Shown here one piece after another: positions 1-10,400 of a stretch of 64,000 nt of DNA. The DNA comes from an uncultured delta proteobacterium (lineage in GTDB: Bacteria > Desulfobacterota > Desulfomonilia > UBA1062). The stretch covers positions 14,974-78,973 of the forward strand of contig CAWCTR010000016.1 of assembly GCA_963798485.1 (NCBI GenBank). The letters are read 5' to 3'. The notes below the pieces were generated by a model that ran no database searches, was not told the origin of the DNA, and saw only the letters and a list, made by a program, of their open reading frames with translations. The translations under genes were made by a program, and so were the position numbers. Numbering within the stretch: the stretch's first letter is position 1; each line of letters begins with the position of its first letter.

Positions 1-92
1 TTTAATGATGGTTGAAGGTTTCATGACAGGTCTACTGAGCAAGTTCAACGTGAAGATACTTCATTCAGGCGTTCAGCGTTTCGTCCTCTCAT

Positions 93-124
93 CTTCTTCG
101 TGCCCTTCGAGTCCTTCGTGGTGA
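93..124 (-). repeat. REP-like repeat (TCACCACGAAGGA... type); shares 13 nt with a copy at ~60622
   Basis: revcomp TCACCACGAAGGACTCGAAGGGCACGAAGAAG; TCACCACGAAGGA recurs at 60622-60634. Confidence 0.4.
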
Positions 125-128
125 TAAA

Positions 129-650
129 CTATGTTCCTCCAAATGCCCTTGTTACCCGCCGGCCCGGCACATCCATGATCTTCGGCACGTGTCCGGTCAG
201 CGAGAGGAACCGCTCGATGTCCTGCCTTGAGATCACGAGTGTGCTCGTGTTTACCAGGGGGTGGCACTGGATTGTATTGCATTGCCACAGGTCCTTATCC
301 ACGATGACCTCCACCCTGCCTGAAGTATCGTTGAGAACGGACAGGATCGTCACAGAGCCAGGCGTGAGCCCCAGGTATTCCAAAAGGCGATCTGCAGAGG
401 CAAAGCTCAAACCCTTTACCTCGAGCGCTTCCTCAAGGCCCTTGATGTCAACGGACTTCTCATCGCCCACCGTGACCAGGAAATGACGTCTGCCCTTGCG
501 GTCGCGCAGGAACAGATTCTTGGTCTTTGCCGCAGTGGTCTTGATGCCGAGCCGGTCCGCCTGCTCACAGGTGAACACGGCCTCGTGGTCAAAACGCTCA
601 TAAGGTATTCCATTCCGGTGGAGGAATTCGTAGATGTCCATAACGCTCAC
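129..650 (-). CDS. proX: Prolyl-tRNA editing protein, YbaK/ProX family
   Basis: KTKNLFLRD, LSFAS, PGSVT and HPLVNT motifs; 173 aa. Confidence 0.85.
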   Translation of the reverse strand: MSVMDIYEFLHRNGIPYERFDHEAVFTCEQADRLGIKTTAAKTKNLFLRDRKGRRHFLVTVGDEKSVDIKGLEEALEVKGLSFASADRLLEYLGLTPGSVTILSVLNDTSGRVEVIVDKDLWQCNTIQCHPLVNTSTLVISRQDIERFLSLTGHVPKIMDVPGRRVTRAFGGT

Positions 651-684
651 GTCTTTCCTTATATGTATTGGCCGGTTTTTTGTC

Positions 685-710
685 GGGCAACCACAAGGGT
701 TGCCCCTACA
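685..710 (-). repeat. GTAG-family REP palindrome
   Basis: revcomp TGTAGGGGCAACCCTTGTGGTTGCCC: GTAG tetranucleotide followed by a GGGCAACC/GGTTGCCC stem; intergenic. Confidence 0.65.
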
Positions 711-755
711 AGTGAATGTTGAAATACCGGCATTATCTCGATAGGTAAAATCACA

Positions 756-1427
756 TCAGAAGCCGCACCAGGTAGTGAGGTTTTTGATATCCTCCCTCGG
801 GCTCTCGATCTGATTGGCCGGGAAATCCCAGTCCGGATAGCCTATGGCGATTGAGATAATAATGCGCTTTGTGTCCGGTACTTTTATTACCGAGCGTATG
901 TTCTCGGGATACATCACCCCCTGATCCTCGATGCAGGTGCCAAGCCCATAATCAAGGGCTGCAAGGCAGATGGTCTGCACAACCGCGCCCATGTCCATGA
1001 GCGGGCCTGCATCGGTAAGCGCAGTATCGGTGAGAAGAATAATGGCCGCCGGGGCATCGAAAAAGCGGAACCCCCGCTCCATCCAGACTGCCCGCTTGGC
1101 CTTGTCCTCCCTGGGGATGCCCATACGCCGGAAGATCCTTTTCGCCACCTCCACCTGCCGCTCGCGGTACACGCTTTTCTCAGGCCACCCGGTAATTACA
1201 TGCTCGGGGTGTATCATGACCCCGTCCTGGAGCATCTTTGCATTCCTGTCTGCAATCTTTCTGAGTACGTCTCCCGCGATCACGAGAAATTCCCAGGGTT
1301 GGGTGTTCATGGTGGAAGGCGCCCTGCAGGCGGTCTCCAGGACCTTCTCCAGGACCTCCCTCGACACCGGAAAAGGTTTGAAGCCCCGTATGCTCTTCCT
1401 GCCCCTTATGGCCTCTGTGATTTCCAT
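756..1427 (-). CDS. Nitroreductase family protein
   Basis: Start re-called at ATG 1427 (MEITEAIRGRKSIRGF) after GGGGGA; RAPSTMNTQPW and AIGYPD motifs. Confidence 0.9.
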   Translation of the reverse strand: MEITEAIRGRKSIRGFKPFPVSREVLEKVLETACRAPSTMNTQPWEFLVIAGDVLRKIADRNAKMLQDGVMIHPEHVITGWPEKSVYRERQVEVAKRIFRRMGIPREDKAKRAVWMERGFRFFDAPAAIILLTDTALTDAGPLMDMGAVVQTICLAALDYGLGTCIEDQGVMYPENIRSVIKVPDTKRIIISIAIGYPDWDFPANQIESPREDIKNLTTWCGF

Positions 1428-1446
1428 TTGTCCCCCTAAGCCTTTT

Positions 1447-2022
1447 TCAAAACCGTTCAATAATGATCTCTTCAAGCGAGCGCTTGGGCACATGGTGCAC
1501 GCCTTTATCATCCCGATGGTATTTGATGTCTCCCCCCGGCCCCACTGGCTCGATCCGGACCTCTTCCTTGGGCTTGCCCAGGGCAATGACAAGGAGGATT
1601 TCAAAATGCCCGGGTATATTCAGCGCCGCCATGAGCCCTTTTCGGTTGACGGATGCGATCATGCACCCGCCGAGCCCCTGTTCCGCAGCACCCAAAAGGA
1701 TGGTTTGGGCTGCAATCCCGTGGTCGCACCAGAAGTTCGCGGCTATATGCGTATCTCCCAGGATGACGATGTAGGCCGAAGGCCTCTCGCCCTCATCAGG
1801 GCCCGGCCAATCCTTGAGATATGCGGCCCATCCGAGATGGGGGAATATGGAGGCGTTCGTCGGCTTATCGGCAGAGATAAAGAATTTGAGCGGCTGCATA
1901 TTAGCGGCCGAGGCAGCCAGACGCGCAAGGTCCACCAACGCGCACAGCCCATCTTTCGTGATGGTATAGTCCTGGTAAAACCGCCGGTAAGATCTGTTCT
2001 TTATGACAATATCCCGTAACAT
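1447..2022 (-). CDS. Nitroreductase family protein
   Basis: NRSYRRF, ASAANMQPL, GLGGCMI, HHVPKRSL. Confidence 0.9.
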   Translation of the reverse strand: MLRDIVIKNRSYRRFYQDYTITKDGLCALVDLARLAASAANMQPLKFFISADKPTNASIFPHLGWAAYLKDWPGPDEGERPSAYIVILGDTHIAANFWCDHGIAAQTILLGAAEQGLGGCMIASVNRKGLMAALNIPGHFEILLVIALGKPKEEVRIEPVGPGGDIKYHRDDKGVHHVPKRSLEEIIIERF

Positions 2023-2101
2023 AAATAACCTCCTTGCCTTTTGTCTCTACGAACGGCTTTAAGCAGCTTTTCTTCTCAAGGGATCGCACCCGGGCGCACT
2101 C

Positions 2102-2942
2102 CTACAGGCGCTCTTCTTTCGCACCAGGCCGGATGCGCCTCCACTCCGAGCCCATGGGGCATGCCTTCATGCACGAAATGCAGTTGTCCACGTCCGTTAT
2201 CATGGTCTGGCCGAACTCCACCATGAAATCCCTTCGGCGGTTGTGAGCCAGAAGCATCTTGATGTACGCAGGCCATTCACCAAGCTTCTTGGGCGGCACC
2301 CGATCGAAACCCCAGGTCCAGTAGTGAAAGCACGGGTCCACATTATATGTTCCGTCCTTCAGGGCGCTCACCGGACAGGCGAGCTCGCACCGCCTGCACC
2401 CGTCCGGGCACGGATCATATATCTTGGAGACATCAGGTTCAAGCGACAACTCGGTTATTACGGCGCAGAGTCTCACATGGGGGCCGAACCGCTCGGTAAT
2501 GAGCAGGTTCGACCGGCCGATAGAACCCAAGCCGGCGCTCATGGCCGCATGCTTGAGTGAGAGCTGGCCCAAGACCTTGGTATGGTCGAGCTCCTTACCC
2601 GTCTCGGGGTTTCGCTTGTGGATCTCCACCGGTTTGTCAGCGGATATGGGTAGTGAAAGAAAACCTTTTTGTTCAAGGGAGCGTCCCACCTTCTCTGCAA
2701 CCTCGTCAAGCAGCCTCGATGTCTGCATCTTGTTCCTGGTCCAGAGCTTGAGGTCCGGGGCATAAACCGCTCCCAGACTGTGTGAAACCGCCATGACGAT
2801 CACGCTCTTGGCTGTGGGCATGAGCGCCAGGGCAGGTCTTGCCGGATCGGGCCAGGAGCAGGTCCTCTGCATGGGCGATACCCACAAGGTCAATGCCCTC
2901 TGCTAGGACCATCTGCTTGATCGATGCCGAATTAATTTCCAT
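2102..2942 (-). CDS. Epoxyqueuosine reductase (QueG)-like 4Fe-4S protein; apparent +1 frameshift at ~2850
   Basis: N-term MEINSASIKQMVLAEGIDLVGIA (ORF 2706-2942) continues into PARPALALMPTAKSVIV...KHAAMSAGLGSIGRSNLL...CPDGCRRCELACP...CISCMKACP if one C of GCCC is removed. Confidence 0.75.
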
Positions 2943-3659
2943 GTTTCTCCCTCGACTTCCGGAGGTTCTTCAGGAACGGCTTATAGAGGAAGCTCTTTTC
3001 GTCGAGCCTGCAGAGCTGTTCGAACATGGGCATTGTCACGGACAGGGCCAGGATGTCAGGCGGCAGCCACTGCCTCATGGCCACGTCGGTGGCGCCGAGG
3101 GCGGCCTGGGGCATGGCAAGGTCTTCAAACACCGTGATCATCTCCATGCAGCCTGACCCGAAGGGCGCAATCACGGCAGGCGGGTCGCCCGGGGCGTTTC
3201 GATAGTGTGCGCCGATAATCAGGGCGCTCAACTGGTCGGGGTTCACGAAAAAGGTCACTGTCTTCAGGATACTGCTTCCTTGCCTTCATGCAGAGGGCCG
3301 ATGAGGATATGAGGATGCTTTGGCTTATAGGTCCTGCGATTGTCAATCCACTTGCCCATGATCTCATGATCGGCCTTCAGACCCTCGGTGTCTGCGAGAA
3401 AGGTTATGTATTCATCCCGGCTGCGGGTGGCCACACTGCACAGGGCTGTGCCCGCCCCTGTACAGCCGAAGTTGTCTTTTGTTATAAGCAGTGTCTTTCC
3501 GTCAAGCCAGTCTTTATAGAAGGCAAAGACACATACATGTCTCTTCGGCTCAGGGGCCACCACCGGCTCGAACCCTATCGTATCCGGCGCATCATAGAAA
3601 CCGATAAGGGGTATCTTGATACCTAGGCGTTCAATGAGTCTGGAAGGGTTATGTTTCAT
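2932..3659 (-). CDS. DUF169-like protein; apparent frameshift (two 1-nt insertions) at ~3265-3278
   Basis: MKHNPSRL...CVFAFY...NFGCTGAG joins TFFVNPDQLSALI...APFGSGC; removing two bases restores GKEQYLKTVTFF. Confidence 0.7.
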
Positions 3660-3737
3660 GGTTCCTCCTTTCTTGATCCATGCATGATCATCTCTAAAGT
3701 CCACTGACCCCAAGGGACATTACGCCTATCAAGACGA

Positions 3738-4826
3738 TCATCTGTCTATGGGCATGAGATGTTCCATAAGGGCCGCCTTCTCGAAGCTGTCAGGGTCCCA
3801 CTTGGGCCTGTCATCCTTGTCGATGAGCCTGGAGCGGACCCCCTCTTTGAAATCATGCTGCGCCATCAGATATCTCGCAACCGTAAGATCTGCCTGAAAG
3901 ACCTCGGCCAGGTCCCTGCCCTCGTCCCGGCGCAGACACTTGAGTGTGACAAACACGGCGCTTGGCGAACGCTCGGAGAGCCTCCTGAAGACCCCTTCGC
4001 AAAGATCGCTCAGTATGCTGCAGGCCTTCAGTGAATTCAGGATATCAAGAACGGACGTCTTTCCGGCAAAATACCCTTCGACCCACTGGTCCATTTCCGG
4101 GTTTGCGGGTATGTCTTTTTCTTCAAGGGGACTGAGGTGTTCGTGCAGGCAGGCAGCCGCAGCCCTTCGCCCTGCAGGCAGTGCAGGGGCATGGTATTTT
4201 ATGATCTCTAATGCATCGGCAAGCCTTGATTCAGGGATAAGGCAATTTGCCAGCCCTATACGAACGCATTCAGTGCCCGTCATCTCATAACCGGTGAGGC
4301 CAAGGAATTCAGGGTATCCCTTAGCGCACTTCAAAAACAGCCATCCTGTGGAACCGACATCCGGGAAAAAGCCGATGCGCGTCTCAGGCATGGCCATACG
4401 CGTAGTTTCGCTTGCTATGGTGATGTCCGCCCCGGAAGAAATGCCAAGACCGCCGCCCATGGTAATGCCGCTGGTAAAGACGACTACAGGCTTGGGATAC
4501 CGGTGGATTGCAAGGTCAAGGTTATTCTCTTCTTCAAGGAACGCCATGGCGGGTTCAAGATTATTTTCCGTCACCGCCCGGGCCATCAACTTGATGTCGC
4601 CGCCGGCGCAAAACCCTCTCTCACCCGCACCGCTTATAATGATGAGTTTTACTGCATCGCTGGTCCTTGCCCCCTCCAGTTCTCCGGCTATGATGCGTAT
4701 CATGTCCAGGGTAAGGCTGTTTATAACCTCAGGGCGGTTGAGGAGAACATGTACAAAGGAATCCGCGTGTTCAACGATTACCGGCTGGCTTTTTGATTCA
4801 GTTACTCTATTCATGTCAAGCCCCAA
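3738..4826 (-). CDS. Enoyl-CoA hydratase/isomerase family, 3-hydroxyisobutyryl-CoA hydrolase-like
   Basis: FCAGGDI, GITMGGG, MPETRIGFFPDVG, DFKEGVRSRLIDKD..PKW. Confidence 0.9.
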   Translation of the reverse strand: MGLDMNRVTESKSQPVIVEHADSFVHVLLNRPEVINSLTLDMIRIIAGELEGARTSDAVKLIIISGAGERGFCAGGDIKLMARAVTENNLEPAMAFLEEENNLDLAIHRYPKPVVVFTSGITMGGGLGISSGADITIASETTRMAMPETRIGFFPDVGSTGWLFLKCAKGYPEFLGLTGYEMTGTECVRIGLANCLIPESRLADALEIIKYHAPALPAGRRAAAACLHEHLSPLEEKDIPANPEMDQWVEGYFAGKTSVLDILNSLKACSILSDLCEGVFRRLSERSPSAVFVTLKCLRRDEGRDLAEVFQADLTVARYLMAQHDFKEGVRSRLIDKDDRPKWDPDSFEKAALMEHLMPIDR

Positions 4827-4887
4827 GCCTCAAACTCCATGAAGGATTCAAAAGTCTGGACAGCGGCATACCCATCAGGCTTTATCT

Positions 4888-5952
4888 TCAGCTGCCGAAC
4901 AACTCCTTCATGTGCATGAGCAGTGTGAGGTCGCCTTCAGCGGTATACCTTCCCTTCATAAATGCATCCTGGCCGTCCGTTTTTTTCGTAAAGATATCCA
5001 TCCATACCTCAAAGGGGGCCTTCACCACGAGGTCGGGCCTTAAAGCCTGGCCCATAGATTCCTCAATCCCGTCTTGTGAGACTAAAAAAGAGCACGAGCC
5101 TGTCTGTTCACCCGTGAAGTCGAACTGGAGCACGGCCTTTGTGTTACCTGCCGCTTCAGGCTTGTAGCCCATCTTCATGAGCAGGGCGAAATCCTCGATG
5201 GTCTCGGGTCTGGGGACAGCGCCCTTTGCCCTCATCTCCTCAGGGGTCATCTTTTCCCTGATGCAGGTCTTCCAGAAGATATTGGCGGCCCTAGTCATAA
5301 TCTTTTTATCGCCAATGGGCTGGGTGATACGTTCCATGGTCTTCTGCTCAACCTTCATGGTCTTCACAAGTTCCACACCCGCTTGAGTGAGGGCGGAAAG
5401 GATATCGTCACGCACCTTCCTGTTCGGCCCCAATACAAAAGCCTCGGCGGCAGGACGATAGATCTCTGCGATGAGGCCTTTGTTGTACATGAAACGCATA
5501 TGGTTTGAGAGCTGGTCAAACACCAGCCTCTCGGAAAAGCCTGCCACAGAGAGTACCACGACCGCCGGGTGCCGCAAACGCAGAGGATGGTAGCTCACCC
5601 CTTTCTTATCCTGGATAAACGGCTCCAAGACAGGCAAGGTGCGCTCGATAAAGGCCTTCAAGGCGGCGTTCATGGTGTAGTGGTATAGAGGAGTGGCATA
5701 TACGGCTATATCGGATTCAATGAACTTCGGGAAGAGCTCTTCAGCCATATCATCCCTATGGACGCACCTCCCGGGCGACTTGGTCCAGCAGTTGAAACAC
5801 CCGACACAGTTCTTTATCTTCTTGTTCCTCAGGTGCACGACCTCCACCTGTGAACCTGCCTTTTCCATCCCTGCCACGAGATGGCTCAACATGAGCTCTG
5901 TCTTGCTCTGACCTTTGATCCTGGGGCTGGAATTCAATGCGAGTATCTTCAT
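4888..5952 (-). CDS. Iron-sulfur flavoprotein/NADPH-dependent FMN reductase fused to an SCP2 lipid-binding domain
   Basis: Start at ATG 5952 (MKILALNSSPR); CVGCFNCW..C; ATPLY; C-terminal SCP2-like region ending AFMKGRYTAEGDL. Confidence 0.8.
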   Translation of the reverse strand: MKILALNSSPRIKGQSKTELMLSHLVAGMEKAGSQVEVVHLRNKKIKNCVGCFNCWTKSPGRCVHRDDMAEELFPKFIESDIAVYATPLYHYTMNAALKAFIERTLPVLEPFIQDKKGVSYHPLRLRHPAVVVLSVAGFSERLVFDQLSNHMRFMYNKGLIAEIYRPAAEAFVLGPNRKVRDDILSALTQAGVELVKTMKVEQKTMERITQPIGDKKIMTRAANIFWKTCIREKMTPEEMRAKGAVPRPETIEDFALLMKMGYKPEAAGNTKAVLQFDFTGEQTGSCSFLVSQDGIEESMGQALRPDLVVKAPFEVWMDIFTKKTDGQDAFMKGRYTAEGDLTLLMHMKELFGS

Positions 5953-6104
5953 AACATCCTCCTGGGCACAACATTCCCCCTCGTAAAACGGCCGCCAATA
6001 AATTGCCTGATCAAAGTTATCTTTTTCCTTACGTATTGACAAGAGGATTGATGCCGGTTGGAAAAAAGATGGGTGAGGGGTGACTAAAACTATGCTTCCT
6101 GGTC

Positions 6105-7388
6105 TTATTCCAGATATTTCTTGAGCTCTTCCATGCGGACCTTCACCTGCTCCTTGATGGAGACAATCTGCTCCGGACTGATCTCAAGTGCGGCAGTGGC
6201 TGAGTACGTTTCCGGGGCAATACCTTCCGTATTTGGTGTTCCATATCCCATCGACTTTACAAGCACATTGGCAAACTGCACTACAAGGAGTTCATTACCC
6301 GGTTCTGGTCTGTCTTCCATATCATCATGGAGTTCGGCCACCTTCAGGAAGATGCCGGGGAATGCCCACCTTTTCAGGAGCACTGCCCCTGTTTTACCAT
6401 GATGGGCCTCGATGGAACCTATTACCTCATTGATATCCATACCTTTTCCATTTTTCTCACTCTTATCCATCTCACCGATAACCCGCAGGAGCATGAGCTT
6501 GCCGATGTCATGGAGCAGGCCCAGGGTGAAGGGGTCATCGCTGAGTTTAATGCCCTTGGTCTCGGTAATAACCTGGCATGCATGGGCGCACGAGAGTGCA
6601 TGCTCCCACAATCCCTCCATGACCTCCGCATACTTCGGGTTGGTCCCCAGATAGAGAGACCTGTTGGAGATAGCATCCACGGTCTGTTTCGTTATAATAA
6701 GCCCCATCCGGCTGACAGCCTGCTCTACGGTGATGTTCGCCGTGATACCCCGATAATAAGACGAGTTGGAAATACTTATAATCTTTGATGAAATGGCAGG
6801 GTCTCTCTGCAGGAGACCACCGATCTCCTGTAAATCAGCACCTGACTTTATCAGGGCATAGAACTTGGTCTGTATGCGAGGCATGGGTGGAAGCTCGATC
6901 TCTCCCCTATTAAAACGGGCAATAATCTTGGTAAGCGGGTTCTTCTTTTCAGGTGCCGGCACATTTTCCGTCGAGCCTGCTTTCTCTTCCGGTTGCTTCG
7001 TGAGACCGGTGCCTCCAAGCTTCTTGACAACGGTCTCCATGTCAAAAGGCTTCATGATGTAGTCATTGCACCCCGCCTTGATGCAGGTAAGGATCGTATC
7101 TTTTTCAGATGACGCCGTTACCATGATGATCCTGACCTGATCCTCTTTTGGAATTCCCTCTTCCTTCTCCAGGGTGCGGATCCGGCCCAGCACCTCGGTA
7201 CCGTCCATTTCCGGCATGGAGATATCCAGTGTTATCAGGTCATATTGTTTGCCGTCGGTTCGGGCGTCGGAGAATGCCTTCAGCGCGTCCTGCCCGCTGG
7301 CCGCCTCGTCGCACTCACCCAAAGAACTCATGATGTGCCTCATCTTTTCCCGGCTGACAAGCTCATCATCAACGACAAGGATCCTCAT
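6105..7388 (-). CDS. Response regulator with HDOD output domain
   Basis: VVDDE, LDISMPEMDG and KPF receiver motifs; LPPMP, DPAIS, ISNSSYY, GLLHDIGK HDOD motifs. Confidence 0.9.
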   Translation of the reverse strand: MRILVVDDELVSREKMRHIMSSLGECDEAASGQDALKAFSDARTDGKQYDLITLDISMPEMDGTEVLGRIRTLEKEEGIPKEDQVRIIMVTASSEKDTILTCIKAGCNDYIMKPFDMETVVKKLGGTGLTKQPEEKAGSTENVPAPEKKNPLTKIIARFNRGEIELPPMPRIQTKFYALIKSGADLQEIGGLLQRDPAISSKIISISNSSYYRGITANITVEQAVSRMGLIITKQTVDAISNRSLYLGTNPKYAEVMEGLWEHALSCAHACQVITETKGIKLSDDPFTLGLLHDIGKLMLLRVIGEMDKSEKNGKGMDINEVIGSIEAHHGKTGAVLLKRWAFPGIFLKVAELHDDMEDRPEPGNELLVVQFANVLVKSMGYGTPNTEGIAPETYSATAALEISPEQIVSIKEQVKVRMEELKKYLE

Positions 7389-7474
7389 CAGTCCTCCTGT
7401 CCTGACGGTGCAATCAATCCTGAAAAACTTTCTCGGTGTCTTTTGTTGTCTTTTTTATTCTTCGTGAACATAAT

Positions 7475-10400
7475 TTATAGCCTGTTAGCAAACGTCTCAA
7501 GTCTTAAATATTCTTCTTCGAGCCGGCGGAGCTCATCCTGAGAATCGTCTCTTTGCCCGGTTTTTGCTGTTTTCTCAAGAGCCAGGGCGATCTTAGACAG
7601 ATCAATGGCGGTCAGGTTGGCAGCCCCACCCTTAATCGAATGGGCCTCTTTCCTGACGACCTCCATATCTCCATCGCTGATGGCCTTTCTTATTATGTCG
7701 ATCTGTCCTCGCGCAATGTCAATAAACCCATTGATGAGTTTCATGAGAAGCACCTTGTCCCCATCAAATTCATCCAGGGCTCGGTTGAGATTCAGCGGTG
7801 GATTTGCTTCATTTGTTGACGAATCCATAAGACTAATAGTGTTTTTATCGATTATCCCGTGCCCTGCCTCTTCAATACTGCGTGCCGGCAACCACTTCTT
7901 GACCATGGAGATGAGGTCGTCACGAAAGACAGGTTTTGTAATAAAGTCGTCCATCCCCGCATCTATGCATCTCTCACGAAATCCCTCAATAGCATGACCG
8001 GTCATGGCAATGATGGGGATATGTCCCCTGGCCCTGTGAACTCCATCGCCTATGAGCCTCTCCTCAATTTCCCGTATGGCCTTGGTTGCGGTAAAGCCGT
8101 CCATATTGGGCATCTCAATATCCATAATGATCAGGTCATAGCTCGACCGTTTGTATGAATCCAGTGCCTGCTGTCCATCATCCACGATTTCCACAGAAAA
8201 GCCTGCCTTGGTAAGATGCCTGTTTGCCACCTGCTGATTCGTAGGATAATCGTCTGCCAATAAAATATGCACTCCGGTGGGTCTATTCTCTTCGGCAAGG
8301 GTATATCGTGTTATCAGCTTGCCGGAAGATATTGCAGGACATATATCCCCCTGTTTGAGCACACTCGTGATGACTCTATGGAGTTCTTCGTTCCGAACCG
8401 GTTTGGGCAGATACCCCTGGATACCGGACTGGGTGCACCTTAATCCATCTCCGATGCTGCCCGAAGGGGTAAGCATAATGATGGGAATGCCCTTAAACAG
8501 CTGCTGCGTCCTGATTTGTGCAGCAAGCGTGAATCCATCCATGACAGGCATGTGAGAATCGGTGATTACAAGCTTGATCTGCTCGCAGTATCCGGCCCTG
8601 TCTTTCAGGATATCCAGGGCCTCAAAAGCGGATGTGGCCTCCAGGGGAATACAGCCCCAGGCCTTGAGATAGGATGCAAAGGTCGAACGGGCCGATATAT
8701 TGTCATCTACGACAAGCACCTTTATACCCGACAGATCCATATCTTCGGGAACAGGCCGCATATCGGGTTCATCCTGGTGCGCAAAGACCGCTGTAAACCA
8801 GAAGGTGCTCCCTTCTCCGGGCTTGCTCTCAACGCCTATCTGCCCCTCCATCAATGAGGTGAGACTCTTGGATATGGAGAGCCCCAATCCGGTGCCTCCA
8901 TATTTACGGGTCGTGGATGAGTCCGCCTGGGTGAAGCTCTCGAAGATTGTCCCCTGCTTGTCCTGTGGGATGCCGATGCCGGTGTCTTTCACAAGAAACC
9001 GTGCCCTGGTTTTGGCGCCAATACCTTCAAGATACTCAACCTTGAGGAGTATCTCGCCTTTGTCCGTGAACTTCATGGCATTGCTCAACAGGTTGGTCAG
9101 GATCTGCCTGAGCCTTCCAGGATCCCCCACGAGCCGGGTCGGCATTTCAGGTGAGACATACATGATGAGTTCCAGGTCTTTCTTTTTAGCCATCACGGCA
9201 AAGCTGCATGAGATATCTTCCATGAGGACCTTGAGGTCAAAAGGTATGTTTTCTATCTCAAGCCTCTGGGACTCAAGTTTTGAGAAATCCAGAATATCAT
9301 TGATAAGTCCCAGCAGGTTTTCCGACTCACGGTATACCGTTGTCATAATCTCCCGCTGCTCGACAGTAAGATCGGTATCCAGGGCTATCTCCGTCATCCC
9401 GATGATGCCGTTCAAAGGGGTGCGGATCTCATGGCTCATATGGGCAAGGAACTCGCTCTTGGCCCTGTTCTGTGCCTCGGCCTTGATCATGGCCTTGTGA
9501 AGCTCTTCCGCCTTTTTCCGATGGGTGATGTCTCGCAATACCCCCCTGAACCCAATGGGCTGTCCTTTTGAATCCCTCATCAGGCTGATGGAACTCTCTA
9601 TGGGTCTTTTCTCGGCATTCTTCTGAATCAGCTCCCAGTCAACCCCCTTGTCAGGGTTTCCGGTTTTGAAAACCGTATTGAACACCGAGAATATCCGTTT
9701 GGCTGTGTCATTATCCATAAACTTACGATAGGAATTGCCGATAACCTCAACCCTGGGGAAGCCGACGATTCTGCACGTTGAATCGTTCACAAAGGTGAAG
9801 TTCCCCATGAGGTCAGCCTCAAAATAGCCTTCCTCCATGCTTTCAAGGATGCTCCGGTACTTCTCTTCACTCCTTCTCAGTGCCTTTTCCGTACGTAACC
9901 GGTCGGTTATGTCACGCGCAGAACCACGCACCCCGATAGGTCCGGCTTCGCCGTACACAAGCGAATTTTTATATTCCAGGATATGTTCCTGCCCATCCCT
10001 GGTCTTCACCTGGACAAGTCCTTCATCCTTTCCTTTTTCAAGCACCCTTGCCATATAAACCTTGAAGAGCTCCCTGTAGCGCTCAACAATGAGCTCCTTA
10101 AGGTTCGCCTTGGTCTGCTTGTCATCAAGGACAGCCCAGTCTTCCCTCACCTTTGCATTGCACTCGCTGAAATCAAGATTGCCATCCAGATCATGGAAGT
10201 AGAGGAAGTCGGACACATTGTCGAAGATATCGCGAAAGCGCTGCTCAATCCTCCGATCTTCCAGTGCCTGCTGCCTTGCCGTATTCCTGGCGAGCATGTC
10301 AAGGTATGCAGCAAGCCTTCCCCCTAATCCATCACCCCCTTGAATACCTGCATGAATGAAGTAAGGGTTGATGGATAAAACCCCGTTCATAATCAGCAGG

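Noticed and set aside
1-125. Partial gene at the window start
   Set aside because: Too short to determine strand or product; partly occupied by a REP-like repeat
2102-2942. Reductive dehalogenase or true queG
   Set aside because: Too short with no Tat signal for RdhA, and lacks clear QueG-specific features; kept as QueG-like only
3264-3266. TGA ending the DUF169 N-terminal ORF as a Sec codon
   Set aside because: The downstream half is in a different frame; explained by indels, not read-through
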